From positions 23,893-87,892 of the forward strand of contig JAKFEY010000030.1 of assembly GCA_036675475.1 (NCBI GenBank): 64,000 nucleotides of DNA, given 5' to 3'. A program made the translations under genes and the position numbers. The notes beneath the pieces are model-generated. The model made no database searches. It worked only from the letters and a program-made list of their open reading frames with translations, and had not been told where the DNA came from. Positions 57,484 to 64,000 of the stretch are shown here, in pieces. Numbering within the stretch: the first letter of the stretch is position 1; each line of letters begins with the position of its first letter. Source of the DNA: Vicinamibacterales bacterium. GTDB lineage: Bacteria; Acidobacteriota; Vicinamibacteria; Vicinamibacterales; SCN-69-37.

Positions 57484-58461
57484 CTATCGGGCGCGGCTGA
57501 ACACTGTCAATGGATCCTGCCGCGCGCCCGCGGCCAGGTGCAGCGCGATCGACGTCAGCGCGATGGCCGCCGCCGGCGCCAGCATCCACGGCGCGTCCGC
57601 AATCACGCGCACGTTGCTCGCGTCCTGCAGCATCGTGCCCCAGCTTGGCGTGGGCTCGGGAAAGCCGAGGCCGAGAAACGACAGCGTGACTTCGGAAATC
57701 AGGAAGCCGGGCACGAGGATCAGGAACTGCGTGACGAGAAAGCCTGATGTGGCCGGCAGCAGGTGCACGAACATCAGGCGCAGGCGCGAGGCGCCGGCCG
57801 CGCGCGCGGCGTCGGCGTAGTCGAGCGCGCGCTCGCGCTGCAGGATGCCGCGCACCCCCCACGCCGTCATCGGCCATCCGACGAGGCCGAACAACAGCAC
57901 CAGTGCGAGGAACACCTGGCCCGGCGTCATCACGAGCGGCATGGCCGCGCGAAGCGCAAGGACGATGTAGACCACCGGCAGCGTGGCGAGTCCGGTGGAC
58001 GTGGCGACGACGAGGCGATCGGCGGCGCGTCCGCCGCCCGCGGCAAGCGCGCCGAGCAGCGCGCCCACCGCGATGGCCAGCAGCGAGCCCGCGATGGCCA
58101 CGCCAAGCGACCAGCGCGCGGCGCCGGCGACACGCGCGAGGATGTCGCGCCCGAGCGCGTCGGCGCCCAGCAGAAACAGGGGCGCGCTCGCATCCTCGGG
58201 CGTCGAGACGAGGCGGCCGTCGCTGAAGAGATCGACGTCGATGCGGCGCGAGGTGTCCTCGCCGAACGTGCGCGAGAGGCGATCGGTGAGCGCGAGCGGG
58301 TGCGCGAAGAGGCCGCCGCCCGACGCGTGCAGCGGCATCGGCGGCGCCCACGCGCTGTCATGAAACTGTTCCGACGCCGCGTTGGGCGCAAGCCGGTCGC
58401 CGGTCGCGACGAGCAGCAGTAGAATCGCCGACAGCGCCACGCCGATGCGCCTCGCGATCAC
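57484..58461 (-). CDS. ABC transporter permease (OppC/DppC type)
   Basis: GTG at 58461 (GTGA overlap with the upstream permease). It has the EAA-loop region YADAARAAGASRLRLMFVHLLP and about 6 TM segments. Confidence 0.85.
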   Translation of the reverse strand: MIARRIGVALSAILLLLVATGDRLAPNAASEQFHDSAWAPPMPLHASGGGLFAHPLALTDRLSRTFGEDTSRRIDVDLFSDGRLVSTPEDASAPLFLLGADALGRDILARVAGAARWSLGVAIAGSLLAIAVGALLGALAAGGGRAADRLVVATSTGLATLPVVYIVLALRAAMPLVMTPGQVFLALVLLFGLVGWPMTAWGVRGILQRERALDYADAARAAGASRLRLMFVHLLPATSGFLVTQFLILVPGFLISEVTLSFLGLGFPEPTPSWGTMLQDASNVRVIADAPWMLAPAAAIALTSIALHLAAGARQDPLTVFSRAR

Positions 58462-59384
58462 TTCGCGGCCTCGTGCGCGGCGATGCGCGGATCGAGCAGG
58501 TTGACAAGCACGTCGGACACGAGCCCGAGCGCCGCGACGGCGCCGGCGATGGCCGCGGTGCATCCCGCTACGAGAAAGATGTCGCGCGCGACGAGCGCGT
58601 CGAGCATCAGGCGCCCGAGCCCCGCCCAGCCGGTCACGACCTCCACCAGCAGCGACGCGCCAAAAATGTTGGCGGCGACCAGCGGCATCACCGACGTGAC
58701 GCGCGTGGCGGCCACGCGCATGCCGAGCTTCCACACGAGCACGCGCCGCGCGACGCCGCGCGCCGACGAGGCGGTGGCCCAGGGCGCGCCAACGGCCTCG
58801 GCAAGCGCTTCGGCGTGCAGGCGCGCAAGCGCGCCCGCGGCCGGCAGCAGCAGCGCCGTGACGCCGAGCAGCGGCGTCACCACGCCGTGCGCACCCTGCG
58901 CGAGCCATCCCGATCGCACCGCCAGCAGCATGAGCGCGAACAGGATGACGATCGACGGCACCGAGAGCACGAGCGTGGCGGCGCCCGACAGCAGCATCCG
59001 CACGAGCGGCCGGCCCTGCACGAGCCACGTGCCCCACAGAATGCCGATGACAAACGCCAGCGCGATGGCCGACGCCACGAGGCCGACCGTGCGGGGCGCG
59101 CGCTCGGCGAGCAGCGACGTGACGGGACGCGCGAAGCGATACGACGTGCCGAGATCGAGCTGGACGAGCCCGGTCAGCCAGATGCGCGAAAGGTCGGGAA
59201 GGGATCGATCGAGATAGAGCCGCCGGCGCTCGCGCTCGATGGCATCGGCCGGCACGCGCGCGGCGCGCAGCGTGTCCGTGTAGTCGCCGGGCGCGCGGCG
59301 CGCGAGAATCAGCGCGCTCGTCGAGACGAGCGCGACAAACAGCAGCGCGGCGGCGACGCGGCGAAAGACGAGCAGCGCGGTCAC
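58458..59384 (-). CDS. ABC transporter permease (OppB/DppB type)
   Basis: GVG-type check not needed: GTG at 59384 (overlaps the SBP stop), 308 aa. It has an N-terminal TM segment, then PGDY, and polytopic topology. Confidence 0.83.
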   Translation of the reverse strand: MTALLVFRRVAAALLFVALVSTSALILARRAPGDYTDTLRAARVPADAIERERRRLYLDRSLPDLSRIWLTGLVQLDLGTSYRFARPVTSLLAERAPRTVGLVASAIALAFVIGILWGTWLVQGRPLVRMLLSGAATLVLSVPSIVILFALMLLAVRSGWLAQGAHGVVTPLLGVTALLLPAAGALARLHAEALAEAVGAPWATASSARGVARRVLVWKLGMRVAATRVTSVMPLVAANIFGASLLVEVVTGWAGLGRLMLDALVARDIFLVAGCTAAIAGAVAALGLVSDVLVNLLDPRIAAHEAAK

Positions 59385-61078
59385 TTCGTGCCGAGCGCCT
59401 CCGGCATCCACAACACGTGCGGCATCAGCACCACGGGCTTTACGCCGGTGAGCCTCGCGCTGGTGGGCACGACCACCTTGGGTACGGCGAAGTAGATGGC
59501 GGGCAGCTCCGCGGCGAACAGGCGCTGCACGTCGTGAAACGCGCGCCGGCGCTCCTGCTGATCCGGCGAGTGCGCCACCGTATCCATCAACGCGGCGAGG
59601 CGCGCTTCCCAGTCGGTCGCCGGCGCCGGCTGCGCGGGATTCCACAGATGGAACGGGCCGCTCGGCAGCCAGAAATCCAGGTTGACGGCCGGATCGGCGG
59701 AGCTCGCCTGCAGCCCGAACAGCACCGCGTCGTAGTCGCCGCTGCCGATGCGCGCGATGAGCGCGCCCGTTTCGAGCGGCACCACGTCGACGGCCAGGCC
59801 GGCGCGCCGCAGATCCTCCTGCACGATCGACGCGGTGCGCTCGCGCGTCGTGTGGCCGCGCTGCGTCAGCAGCGCGATGCGCGCCTCGCGGCCGTTCGCG
59901 TCCTCGCGCACGCCGTCGCCGTTGCGATCCTCGAGCCCGATCGACGCGAGCAGCCGCGCCGCCTCGTCCACATCGTGCGGCGGCGGCACCACGTCCGTCG
60001 CATGCCAGATCCCATGCCCCGTCGTCACCGGCGTGATCACCGGCTCGCCCGCGCCGAGGAACACGGTGTCGACGATGCGCTGGCGGCTGACGGCGCGCGA
60101 GATGGCCTGGCGCAGCTCGGTGCGCTGCAGCCAGGGGCGGTCGATCGAGGCGGGCGCGCCCGGCTTGAGGTTGAACCAGAGCGCGTTGGCGTCGAGCGCG
60201 GCGCCGACGTCGTGCAGCCGCACGCGCCCCTGCTGCTCGAGCGCGCGGAAGGCGGCGATGTCTTCGGCGCGCAGGCCGCTGGTGACGAGATCGGCGGCGC
60301 CGGATTCGAGTTGCACCATCTCGGCGCTCTGATCCGGCACGACGCGCACGATGATGGCTTCGGCGAGACCTTCGCGCGGCAGCTGATCGCGGCGGAAGTA
60401 GTGCGGGTTGCGCGCGAAGGTGATCGACTCGCCCGCGCGCGCCTCGCGCACGATGAACGGGCCGAGACCGACGATGGTGTCGGGCGGCGCGGACGCGGCC
60501 CACGCTTCGGCGAAGCGGCCCGAGGCGAGCGCGTCTTCGAGGCGATGGCGCGGCAGCATCGGCAGGAAGTCGAGGATGGCGAGGCCGGGGCCGTACGGCG
60601 CGGGGAAATCGATGCGCACGGTGTGCGCGTCTTCCTCGGTGATCGCGAGCGGCTGACCGTTGACGCGCAGGCCGCTGGCGGCGGCGCTGTTAACGCGCGC
60701 GTCGTACACCGCGCGGAACGTGAACGCGACGTCGGCGGCCGTGAACGGCGCGCCGTCGGAGAAGCGCACGTCGCGCGCGAGGTGCAGACGGAAACTCGTG
60801 TTGCTGAGCGCGTCCCATCGCTCCGCAAGCCACGGCATGACGAGTCCCGTCTGCCGATCCACTTTGATCAGCGGCGCGTGAATCAGGTTGGTGATGACGT
60901 CGACGGCGGCCGTCGCGCTCACGAGCCGGTTGAAGCTTTCGGGCTCGGTGCGCAGCGTGGCGACGATGGGAGCCGCTTCGCGGGGCTGCACATTCCTGCG
61001 CGCCTGCAGCTGCCAGACGGCAAGACCGGCGACGACAACAAGTGCTACGGCTGCAAGCAGTTTCAGAGATTTAGCCAA
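59381..61078 (-). CDS. ABC transporter substrate-binding protein, family 5 (peptide/nickel type)
   Basis: 565 aa with a TTG start and the signal peptide MAKSLKLLAAVALVVVAGLAVW. Its length and motifs (RFSDG.PFTA.DV.F) are typical of OppA/DppA-like SBPs. Confidence 0.87.
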   Translation of the reverse strand: MAKSLKLLAAVALVVVAGLAVWQLQARRNVQPREAAPIVATLRTEPESFNRLVSATAAVDVITNLIHAPLIKVDRQTGLVMPWLAERWDALSNTSFRLHLARDVRFSDGAPFTAADVAFTFRAVYDARVNSAAASGLRVNGQPLAITEEDAHTVRIDFPAPYGPGLAILDFLPMLPRHRLEDALASGRFAEAWAASAPPDTIVGLGPFIVREARAGESITFARNPHYFRRDQLPREGLAEAIIVRVVPDQSAEMVQLESGAADLVTSGLRAEDIAAFRALEQQGRVRLHDVGAALDANALWFNLKPGAPASIDRPWLQRTELRQAISRAVSRQRIVDTVFLGAGEPVITPVTTGHGIWHATDVVPPPHDVDEAARLLASIGLEDRNGDGVREDANGREARIALLTQRGHTTRERTASIVQEDLRRAGLAVDVVPLETGALIARIGSGDYDAVLFGLQASSADPAVNLDFWLPSGPFHLWNPAQPAPATDWEARLAALMDTVAHSPDQQERRRAFHDVQRLFAAELPAIYFAVPKVVVPTSARLTGVKPVVLMPHVLWMPEALGTK

Positions 61079-61137
61079 AAATTGACCGCCCGGCCAATTC
61101 CTTGGCCTGTATACAGACTCTGCAGTTTCCGCCGGAA

Positions 61138-61160
61138 TTTTGGGTAGTTGTTACCCAAAA
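61138..61160. promoter_or_regulatory. 9-bp perfect inverted repeat (ttttgggta-N5-tacccaaaa) in the divergent SBP/protease intergenic region; candidate operator
   Basis: Read directly. It is AT-rich relative to the surroundings and is flanked by two copies of tgcagtttc(c/t)gcc (61121-61133, 61257-61269). Confidence 0.5.
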
Positions 61161-61374
61161 CGGCTGCGATCCGGCAAAGGACAACAGGTTGGCCGATGCC
61201 GCGTGACGTTTAAGTTTCTGCAAACACGCCACTTCCGGCTCCTGACCCCTCCAGATTGCAGTTTCTGCCACCGATAGTCCTTTTGTGTCACATCGACGCA
61301 AGAAATGCTCAGCCATGGCACTGCGCATGCCTTACGTCGTCCCCGAAGCTGCTTCCCCACTTCAGACCGGACGT

Positions 61375-63093
61375 ATGCGAATGCTCACGATGACCCCAGC
61401 ACCGGAGAAGGCCGCGATCCGCGGCCGGCGACGCTGGTTCCTGATTGCGGCCGCCGCAATTGCCCTTCTAGGTATCGTCCCTCAGCCTGCCGAAGCGCAG
61501 AGGCGCGCGAAACTCTCGCGCGATCTCGAGGCGCGGCTGGCCGGGGCGGGCGCGGGCCGCGCCGAAGTCATTCTCGATCGCCTGACGGCCGGCGAGATCG
61601 AGCGCCTGGCGGCGAAGCATGGCGCGACGGTGAAGCGCCACTTCTCGCGCGGCGCGGTGCTCGACGTCGACGCCGACGCGCTCCGCGCCCTCGCGGCCGA
61701 TCCTGACGTTCCCCACATCTCCGGCAATCACACCGTGCTCAGCACGATGGCCGTGGCCCTCGCGGCCACGGGCGCCGACCAGTTGCATGGCGACGACAGC
61801 GATCGCGGCGAGGCGCGCTACACCGGCAGTGGCATTGGCATCGCCGTGATCGACTCGGGCATCGCGCGGCACTCGTCGCTCGCGGGCAAGGTGGTTGCGA
61901 ACGTCGACTTCATCGACGGCGGCCGCGGCCGGCGAGGGGCTGACGATGAGTATGGGCATGGGACGCATGTGGCGAGCATCATCGCGGGTGATGAGCGCGG
62001 CAAGGGCGGCCTGCGCGGCATGGCGCCCGGCGCGCATCTGGTGAACCTGCGAGTGCTCGACGAGAACGGCCAGGGCACGGTGGCGGATGTCATCGACGCC
62101 ATCGACTGGGCGATCGACAACCGCGCGCGCTACAACCTGCGCATCGTCAATCTCTCGCTCGGTGCGGCGCCGCAGGAAAGCGCGGCGGACGATCCGCTGG
62201 TGCAGGCGGTGGACCGCGCGGTGCAGGCGGGGCTGCTCGTCGTGGCGTCGGCCGGCAACATGGGCAAGACCGAGGACGGCAAGATGATTCTTGGCGCCGT
62301 CCTCTCGCCCGGCTTGGCGGCCTCGTCGCTGACGGTGGGCGGCGCGAACACGCGCGGCACGGCGTATCTCGGTGACGACACGGTGGCGACGTGGAGCTCG
62401 CGCGGCCCCACGTATCCGGACGGCCTGATCAAGCCGGACGTGATCGCGCCGGGCAATCGCATCATCGCGGCGGGCGTCGAGGGATCGACGCTGTGGACCA
62501 GCTATGCGGAGCGGCGCGCCGGCGGCCGTGGCGCGAACGGCCGCATCGAGCTCAGTGGCACCAGCATGTCGGCGGCGGTGGTGTCGGGCGCCGCGGCGCT
62601 GCTGCTGGAAGCCGCGCCTGGCCTGTCGCCGGCGCAGGTGAAGACCGCGCTGCAGCTGACGGCGGCGCCCATCGAAGGCGCCGGCCTGATCGAAATGGGC
62701 GCCGGCGAAATCAATCTTCCTCTCGCCCTCTTCGTCGCCCAGAACGGCCCCAACGTGCCGCTGCCCGCCGCGCAAATTGCCGGCGCGAGCGTGGTGCCGA
62801 GCGGGATCGCGTTTGGGAGCGACGAGAGCCAAATCGAAGGCAACAACGTTGTCTGGGGCAACAACGTTGTCTGGGGCAACAACGTTGTCTGGGGCAACAA
62901 CGTTGTCTGGGGCAACAACGTCGTCTGGGGCAACAACGTCGTCTGGGGCAACAACGTTGTCTGGGGTAACAACGTTGTCTGGGGCAACAACGTTGTCTGG
63001 GGCAACAACGTCGTCTGGGGCAACAACGTTGTCTGGGGCAACAACGTCGTCTGGGGTAACAACGTCGTCTGGGGTAACTCCGACGTTCAATGA
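61375..63093 (+). CDS. Subtilisin-like (S8) serine protease with a Tat-type signal and a C-terminal 13x NNVVWG hexapeptide array
   Basis: The start MRMLTMTPAPEKAAIRGRRRWFLIAAAAIALLG is twin-arginine-like. The catalytic residues are D (AVIDSGI), H (HGTHVASII) and S (SGTSMSAAVVSG). The start is uncertain (alternatives at 61285 and 61315). Confidence 0.88.
   Translation: MRMLTMTPAPEKAAIRGRRRWFLIAAAAIALLGIVPQPAEAQRRAKLSRDLEARLAGAGAGRAEVILDRLTAGEIERLAAKHGATVKRHFSRGAVLDVDADALRALAADPDVPHISGNHTVLSTMAVALAATGADQLHGDDSDRGEARYTGSGIGIAVIDSGIARHSSLAGKVVANVDFIDGGRGRRGADDEYGHGTHVASIIAGDERGKGGLRGMAPGAHLVNLRVLDENGQGTVADVIDAIDWAIDNRARYNLRIVNLSLGAAPQESAADDPLVQAVDRAVQAGLLVVASAGNMGKTEDGKMILGAVLSPGLAASSLTVGGANTRGTAYLGDDTVATWSSRGPTYPDGLIKPDVIAPGNRIIAAGVEGSTLWTSYAERRAGGRGANGRIELSGTSMSAAVVSGAAALLLEAAPGLSPAQVKTALQLTAAPIEGAGLIEMGAGEINLPLALFVAQNGPNVPLPAAQIAGASVVPSGIAFGSDESQIEGNNVVWGNNVVWGNNVVWGNNVVWGNNVVWGNNVVWGNNVVWGNNVVWGNNVVWGNNVVWGNNVVWGNNVVWGNNVVWGNSDVQ
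62842..63075 (+). repeat. 13 tandem 18-nt repeats AACAACGT(T/C)GTCTGGGG(C/T) encoding (NNVVWG)13
   Basis: Counted unit by unit. The only variation is at two synonymous wobble positions. The array is in frame with the S8 protease ORF. Confidence 0.97.
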
Positions 63094-63134
63094 GTCGGAC
63101 TCAATCGGGAAATCTGCACGGAAAGGATAGGATT

Positions 63135-63164
63135 ATGAGCAAAGTTATCGTCTGGGGCAGCTAA
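63135..63164 (+). CDS. Candidate 9-codon micro-ORF MSKVIVWGS (orphan repeat unit, leader peptide or non-coding relic)
   Basis: An AGGA-containing purine tract (gaaaggatagg) ends 4 nt before the ATG. The string gtctggggca is shared with the upstream repeat unit. A small hairpin (gaagg-tcg-ccttc) and then the next gene's ATG follow. Confidence 0.25.
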   Translation: MSKVIVWGS

Positions 63165-63192
63165 ATAAGAACGAAGGTCGCCTTCTTCCGCG

Positions 63193-64000
63193 ATGAAATC
63201 GACTGGATCTCTTTCTGTTCGGGCCCGCAGTTATGTCGTCGCCGTCGCTGCTATTGGCGGCGGCGTGCTCATAGCCGCCGTTGCGGATCTATTACGGGAT
63301 CGAGTCGACCCTTGGTGGTTCCTCCTGGTCGGGCTCACGGTCTTTACAAGCTCGGTCACCGTCAAAGTACCATCCGTCGCGGCGACGTTGTCGGTTTCTG
63401 AAGCGTTCGTGTTTTCGTCCGTGATCCTGTACGGCTGGTCTGCAGGGACAATCGTCGCCTCCATCGATGGGCTAGTCATTTCATACTGGTTGCAACGACG
63501 ACGGCCGCAGCCAACCTATCGCGTCGTTTTCAACACCACGGCTCCGGCTTTGGCGACATGCTTTGCGGCTTGGGTTTACTTTGCCGCGGGGGCACCCAAC
63601 GTATCGGACCCGGCGTTCCAGATCACCCAGATCTTGCTCCCGTTGTGTGCCTTCGCCGCGACGTACTTCCTTGCGAACACTTCTCTACTCGCTGTAGCGA
63701 TCTCTCTTGAGCAAGGTGTCTCGGCCGTCACGCTCTGGAAGAACAATTTCTTATCCCTTTGGCTCAATTTTTTCAGCGGCGCCTCGATGGCCGCACTGCT
63801 GGTTAGCTTTGGTGCCCAAGGTGGGGCCAATGCTCTGGGCGCTATATGGGTAGTTCTCCCGCTTTTGGGTATCTCGTACTTCACGTATAAGACATCGATG
63901 GCGCGAATCGAAGACGCCAACAAGCATCTGGAACAGCTGAATACGCTCTACCTTTCCACGGTAGAAACGTTGGCAATGGCCATCGATGCCAAAGATCAGA
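63193..64000 (+). CDS. Polytopic membrane protein, probable N-terminal sensor or membrane domain of an HD/HD-GYP-type phosphohydrolase (partial; runs off the right edge)
   Basis: Manual translation is open from ATG 63193 to the window end and shows about 6 hydrophobic helices. The final residues read HLEQLNTLYLSTVETLAMAIDAKDQ. From memory, that resembles the segment preceding the Y-T-x-G-H-S-x-R-V motif of HD-GYP domains, but the HD domain itself is outside the window. GC and codon usage are visibly lower (TTA, CTA, ATA). Confidence 0.65.
   Translation, partial: MKSTGSLSVRARSYVVAVAAIGGGVLIAAVADLLRDRVDPWWFLLVGLTVFTSSVTVKVPSVAATLSVSEAFVFSSVILYGWSAGTIVASIDGLVISYWLQRRRPQPTYRVVFNTTAPALATCFAAWVYFAAGAPNVSDPAFQITQILLPLCAFAATYFLANTSLLAVAISLEQGVSAVTLWKNNFLSLWLNFFSGASMAALLVSFGAQGGANALGAIWVVLPLLGISYFTYKTSMARIEDANKHLEQLNTLYLSTVETLAMAIDAKDQ

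Noticed and set aside
62842-63075. Possible CRISPR array (regular 18-nt repeats)
   Set aside because: The units are directly tandem with no spacers, they are in frame inside an S8 protease ORF, and no cas genes are present. It is a coding hexapeptide repeat.

Overview
High-GC (by eye about 65-70%) bacterial chromosomal window. Gene content and the recurrent excisionase-type HTH and PEGA proteins suggest an Acidobacteriota-like organism, but that placement is a low-confidence guess. All calls come from reading the six-frame translations and the raw sequence for motifs; no database search was possible.

Most of the window is housekeeping:
- acyl-CoA carboxylase (biotin carboxylase fragment, pccB), tal, an FAH-family hydrolase and hslVU
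- an ECF sigma/anti-sigma operon, an ABC-F ATPase and a sigma-54 two-component pair
- the conserved dprA-topA-trmFO-xerC block and the rplU-rpmA-obg-nadD-rsfS-comF block
- tmk-lysA, lpxC, uvrA and nhaC
- cell-wall enzymes (NlpC/P60, mtgA, M48-LysM)
- a peptide ABC importer next to a DapA-like aldolase and an AGXT-type aminotransferase

No rRNA, tRNA, CRISPR array, transposase or integrase (other than xerC) was seen.

The most interesting non-housekeeping signals are:
1. A 1.4-kb lower-GC insertion in the 3' end of pccB. It is bounded by 64-bp direct repeats that both encode the same 20-residue PccB C-terminus, differing only synonymously. It carries three ORFans and no recombinase.
2. A Tat-signal S8 protease ending in 13 perfect tandem NNVVWG hexapeptides (18-nt units, only synonymous variation). 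A 9-codon micro-ORF carrying an orphan repeat unit follows it.
3. An 8-Cys small secreted or lipoprotein gene coupled by an ATGA overlap to a membrane-anchored DsbA-like oxidoreductase.
4. An 18-bp perfect inverted repeat burying the xerC start codon and the trmFO stop codon.
5. Two dispersed repeat families (GCAGGCCTTCAGGCCTGC hairpins and inverted heptamer arrays) that repeatedly supply stop codons or C-terminal tails to genes.
6. A G-quadruplex-capable 9-mer array, a truncated brnT/brnA module and a sigma-54-like -24/-12 motif in the long lpxC leader.
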